A DNA stretch of 63,642 nt, the filler included, from Perkinsus chesapeaki ATCC PRA-425 (Eukaryota > Protista > Perkinsozoa): assembly GCA_013115145.1 (NCBI GenBank). It is 8 parts of 8 records of this genome, joined end to end, with 100 filler letters (N's around TTAATTAATTAA, not from the genome) between each part and the next. Parts side by side here need not be neighbours in the genome. Positions count along the whole stretch, not along the records: positions 2,451 to 30,902 come from JAAPAO010000472.1; positions 31,003 to 48,362 come from JAAPAO010000683.1; 6 more parts are not named here. One strand, given 5' to 3'. The notes beneath the pieces were generated by a model. It saw only the letters and a program-made list of their open reading frames with translations, made no database searches and was not told where the DNA came from. A program made the position numbers and the translations under genes. This document shows, one piece after another, positions 25,301 through 36,779 of this stretch (position 1 is its first letter; each line of letters opens with the position of its first letter).

Positions 25301-27121
25301 TGGAGATTGTTATAGAACTGGAGTCTAATGCTGCATGGCCAACTAAGGTAGTCGTCATCCTCATTGAACCCGTTTTACAGTTTTTTAACTCGGTATATGA
25401 TAGGATATTCATCGGAATAGCAGGTCTGGTAGGTGGTATAATATATTGTTCCTTAACTACTACTTCCCTTTGGAGTCTTGTATATTACTACTACTGTAGA
25501 CGGGCCTGGGGCGGACTTCTAGTACTAGCTGAGATCTTATATGACTCTATGCTATCTCTTCGCTAAACTATGATATTCATGAAATTCCCTATTTCTGTAC
25601 AATATATACTATGCTTAGTGACTTGGCTAAAACTTGGCCGAAGTTCAGGCTTTGAATGTGCGGGTTCGAGCTTGGTATTGTTGTCAGCCTGAAGCTATAA
25701 TCGATACCAAGCTGGCATTGCTGTTGAAGATCCGTGAGGGGTTGTTGGTATCTGATGACTTTTCTGATGTTAACATATCAGCTACACAGAATCCACTTAT
25801 TGATGTACATGTTGGGGGACGTAGAGTAACATATAGATGTAGAATGTGGCATAGAGAAGAGGTGAGCTCAAATGGATGTACCAGGGATCGAACCCACAAC
25901 CGTTTCATCTTAGGTCCTCCAACTTGCCACAACGGCTACGACAACCACACCTAGCAAGCAAAGGATGGGTAGGGTTTGGGGTGGACAAGAGGTATTTTGT
26001 TGGATTCAGATTGGGAGAGTTTGTCACCATTGAGGACTCTTTGGTATGAGCCGACACATAGGAATTGGATACATTCAATGACGGCATTATATCCGGTAAT
26101 AATAATATCGCTGGGATTAGAACCCACGACCATTTTGATTAGTGTTTGGCACCGGCTATTCGAGCAGCCAAACGATGGTTGGATCAGAGGCTGTTACTAA
26201 GAGGAGTCGATCTTGATAACTTTGCGGAGTTGAGCATGATGTAGCGTTGAGGAAATGCAAGATTCGTCGAGTTGACCAAGATCTTATCAGGCACGTAATC
26301 ACCAGCGAGAATCCCCAATCTCCTCACACAGCGATGCTTTTATGGTTGAAACTTATTGAGAGTTGGCACAGAACTCAGAGGCCGGTGTAAGGTCTCGGGT
26401 TCGAATCCCACGACTTGCATTTTAATTGGCAGATATCTCCTACAATCACTAACCCCCGGTGAGGATGGTGATGAGCAATCATCTGAGGAAGCTCAGAACT
26501 TACTGATGAAGTTGCAATCATGTTACGAAGCTGTATCGGTCTCTACTAGGCCACGAATGTGGATAAGTAGTCGACTGGACCCACACTGTCTTTTGGTAAG
26601 AATAAATACCCTCACTGGGATTTGAACCCGCATCAGGTTCGCACACCTAGTAGCGCATTATGTCAAAGAATGGCTTCATTAGCAACAGCTTCGTTAAAAC
26701 ATGCATTGAACAGCCGATGGGATCGAATACTCAAACCACTACCATCTGAGAACCTGTCCTCTTTGGACGTTGTTATTACATTGACCAAGAATAAGGTTGA
26801 CGTATCCCTTCTGCAGCAGCAATGCACTCGACACTTTGGTTCAGCCGGAGTCTTCCTGTGTGGGAGCCGTGGAACTATAATGGGTATTAAATGGCGACCA
26901 GGATCGAGCGTGGCATCGAGAAAACAGCTGGCTGGGGGAATGCAACACTTGGCTGTAACGGAGGACTTGGTTGTTCCTAATTATGCATGGGTGTTGAAGA
27001 ATATTGTCAGCGGAATGTGTGGTGGAGTGGTTAAGAATGTAAAGATGCATGGGGTAAGGTCGTTGGTTGGTTCCCTTGTCATGTCACATTCCCTATTCAG
27101 GTGGCCACCAATCTTCTCTAA
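22380..27121 (+). CDS. UTP22: Nrap / U3 snoRNP-associated protein 22 (NOL6/Utp22), many exons
   Basis: SNLLRLQLDELL, AYQIFKLAL, LWGPKSQLRRFKDGTMLECCVW, WPTK|PEAIIDTKLALLLKI and IRAAKRWLDQRLL match the Nrap family pattern. The true start lies upstream of 22380 and is unresolved. Confidence 0.85.
23600..23654 (+). other. Nrap intron with a degenerate tRNA 3' fragment (sense)
   Basis: GAGGC-GGAGG-TTCCATT-CCTAC-GTAATGC-A-TTTT-AG. Removal gives ..IAQRLR|YHIAA.. Confidence 0.55.
25181..25240 (+). other. Nrap intron containing an antisense tRNA-Glu(TTC)-like anticodon + T-arm fragment
   Basis: Reverse complement ATTCATGC-CTTTCAT-CCAAA-CGAC-CCCGG-TTCAATT-CCC. Removal gives KDVRPS|DPAF. Confidence 0.65.
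25862..25913 (+). other. Nrap intron containing an antisense tRNA 3' fragment
   Basis: Reverse complement AAACGGTT-GTGGG-TTCGATC-CCTGG-TACATCC-A-TTT. Confidence 0.8.
26096..26142 (+). other. Nrap intron containing an antisense tRNA 3' fragment
   Basis: Reverse complement AATGGTC-GTGGG-TTCTAAT-CCCAG-CGATATT-A-TT. Removal gives TALYP|CLAPAIRAAKRW. Confidence 0.75.
26387..26432 (+). other. Nrap intron containing a sense tRNA 3' fragment
   Basis: GT-AAGGTC-TCGGG-TTCGAAT-CCCAC-GACTTGC-A-TTTT-AATTGGCAG. Removal gives QRPV|YLLQ. Confidence 0.85.
26596..26636 (+). other. Nrap intron containing an antisense tRNA 3' fragment
   Basis: Reverse complement CTGAT-GCGGG-TTCAAAT-CCCAG-TGAGGGT-A-TTT. Removal gives DPHCLL|VRTPS. 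Confidence 0.8.
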
Positions 27122-27387
27122 CGTAAAGTACCTTACCAACCTATCTACCAACGTAAACTGTTTCTCGTCATGTATTTCGGTGTCGTGTTGGCAAGTGATC
27201 GCCACCTATTTTGATAAAAAGTAAAGAAACCTTGCGAACTCTGGTCTGTTTCTGCATCACTCTGCAGATTAGATTAAGTATTCTTCGTCACCACAAGTTA
27301 TACCACTGTCTGTTTAAGTCAGCCAGCTCCATCGTTAGATGTTAACACGCGTTGCAGTTTCTCTATTTTCCTGTGCTTTTCTATTAC

Positions 27388-28581
27388 ATGTCACGATTAC
27401 ATCCATTTATATTTTTATTCATTACCATACCAGTTCTTTCTCGAATAGCGTCAACAACCTCACCATTAACTACTACTCCGACACCCCTTAATGATAATGA
27501 TGATGTTGTTGAAGTTTCTACTCAAATGTCATTTGACAATCCCCCTCTCGATCGGATATACTTTTGTCCTCGAGATAAAATAGACGAGTCGCTCGGTAAG
27601 ACCAGTTGGCCAGCTTATCCAGTTTATTTAAATACCTCCGAATGTCTTGGTTATGAACAGATAATGAATCTGCCTAATCGTCAAGAAAATCTCCATTGTA
27701 TTGCGAATGCTACCGATGCACTTATAACCGCTTTGACTAGTGTTGGTCTAAAAGATAGCTTCTTGGTTTGGGGTAGCCTACTTGGATGGTATCGTCATAA
27801 TGGTGGTGTTATTCCATGGGACTTTGATGGTGATATCGCTGTTATGAAGGAATCTTGTAACGCTACAATCGATGCTTTACATTCAAAAGGGAGTGGTGTC
27901 CGTAATATAGCTCAAGCTGTTGATGCCGAGCTACCAGAGGGATACCATATGGTCACAATCACTGATGATGGTGTCAGTACTGATCTCACTACTTTCTCAA
28001 ACTGTGAAGTTGGTGAATTGAGAATTGAACGGTATTGGCCTGGAACTGAAGATCGTATGTGTTACACTGATCTGTGGTTCCTTGACCATGAATCTAGTGA
28101 AGGTGCAGATTGCCATTGTGATTGGAATGTTCCATCACCTAGAGTTTGTATTGAAAATCCATATTATTCTCGTGGCTGTATTGCTGAAGCAGATATGTTT
28201 CCGTTGAAGGATGACAAATTGGTGGATAAAGTATCAGTAAAAGTTCCACATAATCCATTAGGAGTTTTAAGACGTCTTTATCCGACTGGTATTGACATTA
28301 AAAACATGGCTCCTGTACCAAAGAATCCTTTATTCGAGAATGATTGGTCGATTGTAATATCGGCGGCTCCACCAACAGCTACCGCAACAGTATCAACAAG
28401 CCACCATCAAAGCAATGGATATGGTAACAGCCTGTGGTGGTATTTTATAGCAGCTATTGGTGCCGTTGTAGTATCAGCGTGTATATATGTCCTTATATCA
28501 AGCCGTAAACATATTGTTGAATATAAACGAACACCTCCACAAAATGAAGATGCTAACAAGCCTGAATATGTGATTGAATAA
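27388..28581 (+). CDS. LicD/fukutin-related nucleotidyltransferase-fold protein; intronless type I membrane protein
   Basis: Signal peptide MSRLHPFIFLFITIPVLSRIAS, motif WGSLLGWYRHNGGVIPWDFDGDIAV, C-terminal TM WWYFIAAIGAVVVSACIYVLI. Confidence 0.85.
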   Translation: MSRLHPFIFLFITIPVLSRIASTTSPLTTTPTPLNDNDDVVEVSTQMSFDNPPLDRIYFCPRDKIDESLGKTSWPAYPVYLNTSECLGYEQIMNLPNRQENLHCIANATDALITALTSVGLKDSFLVWGSLLGWYRHNGGVIPWDFDGDIAVMKESCNATIDALHSKGSGVRNIAQAVDAELPEGYHMVTITDDGVSTDLTTFSNCEVGELRIERYWPGTEDRMCYTDLWFLDHESSEGADCHCDWNVPSPRVCIENPYYSRGCIAEADMFPLKDDKLVDKVSVKVPHNPLGVLRRLYPTGIDIKNMAPVPKNPLFENDWSIVISAAPPTATATVSTSHHQSNGYGNSLWWYFIAAIGAVVVSACIYVLISSRKHIVEYKRTPPQNEDANKPEYVIE

Positions 28582-30149
28582 GCCTTATTTTCCACAGCAT
28601 TTGATCACTGTATGTATAATTCCTTTGTTAGCAAGTAATCGTCTCAAGTGATTGATCGTGTTATATTCCAGTTAATACCACAGTCAAGGATAACACGGCA
28701 AAGTATGCAAGGCAGACTATGGTATGAGACTCATGCTATGAGTAACTGAAAGTTCCGAACTGAGTCCGAAACTAACTAGCAAAAATACGTCACCCTGCTA
28801 ACGACGCACAATCCATAATCCGTCCTTTACCGCTTAGTGAGACAGATTACAGAGTAGCTATCGTTCGGCGTTTTGGAAGATAACCATATGTGAAACTACT
28901 ATGGTCTGCGAGGACAGAAAAATGCTACTAAACGATCAGTACAAGATGGCCTGATATTGATGAAGATACAATATTCATTATCGTGTTGTCTTCTTGTACG
29001 TTGTAGACTATCATATGTATCAGCACAGTAATTACATTACGGGTATCACAGACTTGATCATAAGGGAAGATGGCAAACAGAATCCAGTCTGGAGGTATGA
29101 CAGTAATTATTGACTTGATATCTAGCCTTAACATATTTGATATTATTACTATCTACAACCGTTTTGTACTCTGCACTTAGCTCTGGGTGGAAAAGTGATA
29201 TGGAAAACAAATCACCGTGTCAACTGCAAAATATGATGCATGGCAACTTACCGCATAAAATAACGGTAATGAAAAGCGACCTATCGACCGCGGTCGACAC
29301 GACAGGCTTTTAACTGAAAGGTCAGAGACACCTTAAGGCGTTCATGAGGATTCGAGTAGGTGTAAATGTGACAACTGTGGTATTACAGTAGTGCTACCAC
29401 AAATGTTTCTTCGTTCGGAATGAATCATTCCTGAGTAGTTGAACTACTGTAGTTCCTAGAACAAAAGCTCTGGAGACTGTAGGCCTTAAACCCATTAACC
29501 GCATGCCCGATGACACGATATCTTCAAGCCATTTGAATGCGGCAGCCAGTGGTTTTGATAGCGATATCCGGTCACCACGAAGACTTTCGATAAAACTTTC
29601 AAGGACCTTTGGTGATACTTTCAAGGGCTTCCTCGTAGAAGAAGTCTTCAGCTTTATCTCTGTATACTGTCCGAACATTTGTGAGGCCTTGTCGTTTACG
29701 CTCCCGGAGTCAGGCTGTCTATGGAAGCTGAGCTCGTTGAGCGGGCCCCGTTCACCTTGTGTGATCTCATCTGTCTCGTTTACACACTCCTTGTTAAAAT
29801 TAAGTAAAATTAACTGACCACTAGCTGATTTGAACTAAGCTTCACTTAAGAACCGGTGGGATAAACGCTCAGGACGCGTCGTGCTAGTGGTCTATCAACT
29901 CCCTCGCCGAGTTATCGCCTTCGTATTACGTACTCCGTAAGTCGAGAGTCGTACTGAGTAACATACTCGGTGAACTGTGTCAACCCTCACTAGATCCATG
30001 TGACACAATTTCTCCGAGCACCGGATACCTGCGAAGTGTTTCTTAGTTGGCCCTGGTTGCTTCGTACCCTCTCGTATTTTGCTTGCCATAAGTTATAGAG
30101 CACAACTGTACTTAACCCTTGTAGTAGCAGAGCGCCACTGTAAAAGTTG

Positions 30150-30650
30150 AATCATTGCTCGTCAGTCTGTGTGGCGCGCATGCACACGATCTTATGATAT
30201 GTACGCGTGCGCATTATCGATGCCGCAAGTCTGCATGAGTAGGTCTCACTAACTCTGGGATGTTCTCCTTTTGAATACGAATAATATAAAATTGACGAGA
30301 ACAATATACTAGCATGAACTCTCAATGCACTGTTGTACCGGTCTGGTATCGCCGCGAGGCTTAACACGGTGATGTCACCGCGGACTCTCTAAATCGGGAC
30401 AGCCAGAACCAACACATTCTGACTTCCCACACCTTCAAGCTGTCTTTCGTTGCTCAGTATTGATCCCTACTATAGTGAAGATTAGGTTTAGCTATCTTTA
30501 GGGTGGGTGTAAACCGTCGATACCCACGAAAACTTCGCCCAAACGCCGTGTCCGTTCTGTAGCGTAGATAGCAAAAGAGACAGAATTTGGTCACCGTGAC
30601 AGATGCGAGCGCTTGTGTAGCAACGGTTTTTCCCCTCCTTTGAACCATCA
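30150..30650 (-). pseudogene. Degraded LTR-retrotransposon integrase-like fragment
   Basis: AAIPDRYNSALRVHASILFSS resembles the rve C-terminal YNS..H.S motif. Broken frames. Confidence 0.35.
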
Positions 30651-33600
30651 GAGGCTTTCGTAATGATTCTCCTTAGGGAGCGGAGAGTGGTATGTTGGAG
30701 AATGCTGTCTTTAGTACAGTGTTATCAATCAGAGCCTTTTATGAGAGCGACTGCTACTTTCTTTGTGATGACGATTGTGGAAGTTGCTGGTCATAGTTGG
30801 GTTATCAATCTCAGGGGTGATATTAAAAGTGGCCTACCAAGGCATGGTGAAACCACACATGCTCATCCAGATCAATATTATGCAGTAAGTGATTTATCGT
30901 ACNNNNNNNNNNNNNNNNNNNNNNNNNNNNNNNNNNNNNNNNNNNNTTAATTAATTAANNNNNNNNNNNNNNNNNNNNNNNNNNNNNNNNNNNNNNNNNN
31001 NNGCTAGATATCTTAGCTCATACGCAAAGGGGACATCTAACACAAATGGATACTGTCTACACAAATATCTTCACACCTCAAGGATCTTAGTAAGAGCCTC
31101 TTACCATACGATGGTGGCGGCCTTTCTCCCGACTGCATATTGCATACAGTAGATACATTTAGTATATATTATACACTGCAGCGTGTGTAATAAATCATTA
31201 GTGATGACTCGAATTACAAGACAGATACGTAACCAGTGCTACTGGGTCACTGAGCATTGCCTAGACGCGCTTATGAAGCAACTTGAGCCGCTTCATAGCC
31301 TCAAGTTGAGGACCTGCAAAGAGGAGCGCTTTGATGAAAAAATTCCGAGCCATATGTGGTATCTGTTTCGGAATCTGCTGACCCGGGTATAGCCTACACT
31401 GTGTAGGGAGGCACGAAACAGTATGGGATATAATTGTTGAACTGACAGTGCGCCTCCCTCCATATTAGCAAATGTGGGCTCTTTGGTTTTTGGGTATGCG
31501 CCAAGACGCAGATCACCTTTTATGGCACTCAAATGTGATAATTATATCATTTCGGTGGAATTATGGGAGCTAGATTTGCCCAGCTAGCTTATGAAGTGTA
31601 GCTTTACACTTCATATAGCTTTTCACTTCAGCTTATATACTCATTACGTATAAAATGCCTCCGTTCGGACGCAAGATTCGGTCATGTAGGCCGCGTGACA
31701 GTTGTGACTGTTGATTTGTGTAGGTCTAAAATTCCACTCGCCCGTTTTTTCGTGAAACGGTCGCGTCCGGTAGCTCAATGCATTTTCCATAGCCTGAAAC
31801 CGATATATCTAAAATTTCATGCCCTAACTCGTAAAATTGAATGAATGAGCCCTGCCAATCGAAAAACACTCTTTAGATGGCGGGTACTGTACCAAAACTT
31901 GAAAATCACAAGTTGCGGAATTGAAGTTGCAACCTCCATCCTAGCTCTGATTCGCTAGTGCAGTAGTGACAAGGCAACTAGGTTTGACAATTAATATCCC
32001 GAAATATAGACGAACCTAAAACATGGGGTCGTCTGATGGTCTCACTACATCCCATGTTCTGTTACAGAACTTCTGTAGCCAGGCTACAGTAGACTTGCAC
32101 TTAAAATATATGTGTGGTACGATTCCACGACAGTTCGAATCGCACTCGAATTAACGGAATGAAAACTTGAATCCAGTGGCGCGACAAACCAATGTTTTTT
32201 ACAGTAGTTCTACCATCCTGAGGTGCTACCGAGCATAAGAGCAATAATAAAACTATTCACTCATTCCTGTGGCTGTTGTCGCCTACAAACTGTAGACTAT
32301 AATTTGTGTGTAACATGGCAACGCTAGGAACCAAGTTGGTTCAACCAACGCCAACACTCATCTAGCAGCTTCGCGAATTGCACTTGAGCTTCGCGTGTAA
32401 GTAGATGTCTGACGGCTGTTAGCTACAATTTAGACTAGCTTATTCCATATAGTCTCAGATCACGAAGCAGGTATCTATAACATATAAGATACGACGATGT
32501 CATGAATACATGACGGACTACTTCAATTCGTCATATACCTATATCATACATATTGGAAGACTCCACTAAGCCCGAGCGTCAACCGAGTTGAGTGTTGGTT
32601 GGGGTTCACCTGCAGAGACGCGGTTATCGTTCGATCCGCAGGGATCGAAAAAACCGCCCCAGTACATTGAACCTCATTGACAGCCTTGTGGTAACACCAG
32701 GCTATCAAAAACAACGCAGTTTTCATCGTTCGTTGAATTGAGCCTTTGTAACAGTCAGTTCGATGGAAAATTGATGGAGTTTTTGTGAGCATGTCATAGT
32801 CAGTCTGGGCTCAGACTGACAGACTAAATAAATAGCTTATCACAGCAGTAAGATTATGAAACTTCTAGTGATACCGGTATCATAATAGTTGAAACTGACA
32901 ATTATACCTGAATGATGAGGGATATCCCTAATCATTTTCGGTTCACCTCTTCGCAGTTACAGACTGAAGTATATAGCAATTGGCTCGAAACCTCGTAAAG
33001 CGAACGTACTCAGTTCCCAAAAGCTTATGCAAACCGCCATATCTATCGTTAACTCAGTATCACGTTCGACATTGTGAGAAAATCATCTGGTCGGGTTCCA
33101 AATGGGAGGGTGGCTTCAATCTCGTCTACTATGCTAGTTTATCGAGAAACGATCCTGATAAGCGGAATGAGCTGGCGAATGTAGCGGCTGTGAGATCTCC
33201 CGAGATTAAGGGACCGCACGCACACCTCAAATAATTTCAGACACAAATGCACGAAACAAAGATATTGGATTTGCACTATATTGAAGCACCCTCCGTAGGG
33301 GTATCTTCTAACTGAAGATTCATAACAAATACGATGTGTTGGTCGGGCACGGCTCGTTGTCGAGCTGAGCCTGGTTCGACCATCGATACAAAAATCGATG
33401 TTTCATGGCTCAAAAAGAGAGCAATTGGCGAGAACCGGTACGGATCTGTGTATGACCTGAGCTGGTTGCCAGACATCGTACAGGATGTGGCGGAGACTGC
33501 CACTAGACGCAGGTTGCGTCATACAATCACCAGAGTGATTGAAATATTAAACTCTCGAACAAAAGAGTGCTGACATCTGTCTCACGGGTTCCCGACTATT

Positions 33601-33894
33601 CATACAAACAATATCTAGCCGCCAAGAGATCGTCTCGCACTGTTTGAGATGGGTATTTGAAAAGTTATAGTAATGCTAGTATAGCAGATGACCATGACGG
33701 TCTAATCTGAGTAATGCTAACCTTAACCAGCGCCCATCACGTGCGTGGATTTGCCCTAACGGTACTTCCTCTGTGTTGAAACACCCTACTGACTCAGTAG
33801 TACTGAGAGTTGAATAGAAGATATTGCATGCTACTGTTACAGTAGCGCTTAACCTAACGCTATTCGAAGACTTTGCTATTATCTTCAGGGTTGT

Positions 33895-34085
33895 ACATTC
33901 GGGAACAATTTTTTCCCAAGAAATGTTCCAAGGACTAAATGGGAAGAAACAAAGGTTGGCATTGTTCGGAACAATGCCAACCTTTGTTTCTTGGGAACAA
34001 TTTGTTCCCGGGAACAATGTGAAAGAGGGAACAAAAAAGCCGCAGGCTTGAAAATTTTTTTTACGATTGTTTTTCGGCCAGAAAT
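33895..34085. repeat. GGAACAA/TTGTTCC motif cluster, probably a DNA-transposon subterminal region
   Basis: Multiple direct and inverted copies of GGAACAA within about 190 bp. Confidence 0.5.
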
Positions 34086-36117
34086 GAGGCTTGAATTGTT
34101 ATCTTGCAGTATAGTTCCCACTGGTGAAAAGGGTGAGATCAGTTCCTCTGCTCAGTCCGTTCAGGTTTCTCTGGAGGGAATTTTGGTTACGGTCCGTTGG
34201 GGAAACGTTCGTGCAGTATGCAGGTAAAGTGCACAACCTACTTGACTTGCACACTAACGATAGTTGCTTCGACTGGGTAGTGTTGTATATCCAGTGGATA
34301 TTAGCCACCTATCTGCATCTGTAACCTTCAGCTTCCTCCAGACCGTTAGCCTGCTCTTCCGACACGGCTAATAGAAAGAAGAATCATCAGGACTCAACTT
34401 TCGTACTGCAGATCTGCCCATGAGAAAACTGCGTACTGAATGGCTACTATACATTGTATAGTATACAACGATTGTATTACAATCATTACATTACATCATG
34501 TGCAATGAAACACGCATGTATCATTATGATACTATCATAGGGCCGCTATAAAACAACGCAACACTTGCTGACAAGAAACAAAAAAGACCGACTGCCTGCA
34601 CCTAGAGTCTATGCGGGAGAATATGCACTAGCGATCTTAAAGCGCGCGTAAGCGCGATGGAGGATCAAACTGGTTCGAACTGGCGTTTGACCGGCAGCTA
34701 GTCAGTGACTAGTAGTCACGGTAGGCTAATATTGGCTTAGTTCAATTGAGGCAATTGATTGATGCATTTATTACTGATAACTCTAGACCTAGGATAGATA
34801 GGTCTAGCATAGACCTCGGATAGACCTTTTGAATAATATGCATCTAGTGGTCGGGACCTGTTTATTTGAGTCAAGAGTATCAGTTTTGTGTGCTCAGACT
34901 GCGCAACTCACGCCGATGAGCAGGACCGCGAGTCCGACGGTGAAACGGCAGTGGCGCTCCCTCAGCTTGAGGAGGCCTGAATGGGTCTATATGAATGGGT
35001 CTTATCGACCCTAAGGGTCGATAAGCCCAAATAGATCTGCGCGGTGGCAGAGTCAGTACGGACCTGTGTATAGTCTGAGCTGGCCGCCGCAGATAACTGA
35101 GATAACTGAGTAGCCGGAGACAGATTGAGAACAGATGCAGTTTTGTCACAAGGTTGAATCGCCGTTAAACGGAGTTAGTCACAAACTTTGTGACTACGCA
35201 GCGTCCTACCTACGCATGGCCTAAATCCAGTTGCGACGCAGCGGCTGAGTGCAAACTCTACACTGTAGAGGGACTGATACCCAGCTCATGATTCATAGCA
35301 TTGATTTGATCTCAAACTAAGAGGGCTCATCAGAGAGGCTAGTCAGTACTCTCAGAGTACTACGCTGCATGCGTAAAGGGCTACACCAGTAGAGTGGCTC
35401 ATGCAGGCCAGGATCTGGGGGCCAGGTACTGCGCAGAACGTGCGGGGCTAGCATGAATTGAATGACATACCGACCGAGTAACGGCTCGCATAGACTGCAG
35501 AGTGCACAGTGACCCATATAAGACACACACTGTGCAGGCAGCTCACTGGCGATGGTACAGTGCAGAATGAGTGGGTTGATAGAACTGATATCTTCCGTGA
35601 TACATCTGGAAGACATTACAGTGATCTACATTACGTGGTCGGGGAAGTACCGAACCGCTATTTAATACACCCGTGAATCACGGGCCGTGATTCGGTGAGT
35701 TCGACTACGATAAGGAATAGGTTATTCCAACGAGAGTACCGTAAACACCAGTAGGGTTCCGTTCAGCAAATTGCTTTGAGTCACAGCCTGTAACCCTATT
35801 GTGGTTTTGAGGAGGAGATCAAAGAGTGACCTTCGCAATATTGTTCGACATTGAGAAGCCTCCGTCACTGAGGCCTTCAGTCTGAGGGCCTGAAGCTCAG
35901 TCAGTGATCTGATGGAAGAGCCTCGGTGTCGAGATGGGCCCTGGAATCGGTGCGTGCAGTCCCGCTCAGCGTGTAGTACTTACAGCAAGAGGGAGCAAGG
36001 ACAGATGCAATGGGTCAAAACGGGAGCATATCAGGAAAACAGCTTCTTGCGTGCCTGTGTTCCACATGGGACCTCATCCTCTTCTCGTCCTCGTCACTGT
36101 GAATTATACAATTAGCA

Positions 36118-36205
36118 CCCGGCCCTGTGGCTGCTTCACACGAGAGAGCGGGATTGGGCGATGTCAAGGCAACACTGACCTAAAGGCTCCTGGAAGGTCG
36201 CAACG
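36118..36205. repeat. Dispersed repeat, second copy at 62253-62340
   Basis: Shared CCCGGCCCTGTG..GAGAGCGGGATTGGGCGATGTCA..GTCGCAACG. Probably an LTR or UTR piece. Confidence 0.7.
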
Positions 36206-36779
36206 CTCACCTTGTAGAGTTTAGCACAGATAGACCATTCAGGCCCAGTTATAGCAATAACTGAGGGCGTTCAAGACCGTCATCCCGCTCAACTTTTGGA
36301 GTGTGGCACACTCAGTGTGTTCGGGTTTCGGGTGTGAGTATTCCTCCCGCACTCCCGTGTTCGATGGGATTTTACGGTGATGTGTTAACAACTGAGTAGC
36401 AAGTGCGTTGGACCCGCAGTATGAGTAATTCCTTCGTTCGAGCCCACTAGTTGCACGGCTGTGAGAGTCTTGCTTACTGGTATCAATTACGTCCCTAACA
36501 GGTTTTAATCCTATACAACAATCCAAAACCAGTCAATCTTTTAGCATTTCTAGCTTAGCAGGTCCATCTTGAATTAGTTGGCGCGCTTGTTTGTGCTTGC
36601 GTACAACCCGGGATTAGTAGGGGATATAAAGACTCGTAGCTACATGTGGCCGAACAGAATCGATTTACATACAATATAGCAGGCACACAGCTACAAATGG
36701 GTACATGTAAAATACAGGAACCCCCTACCACACTATGTCAGCTATGGTCTAGTAAAGTATAGTGAGGAAGCAAGATATC

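Noticed and set aside
25620-25690. Possible A-box plus GCGGGTTCGAG near the 3' end of a long Nrap intron
   Set aside because: It lacks the closing CC and acceptor strand; too weak to count among the tRNA fragments.
31000-36700. Scattered 60-110 aa ORFs
   Set aside because: No recognisable domains; probably decayed repeats or lineage-specific fragments.
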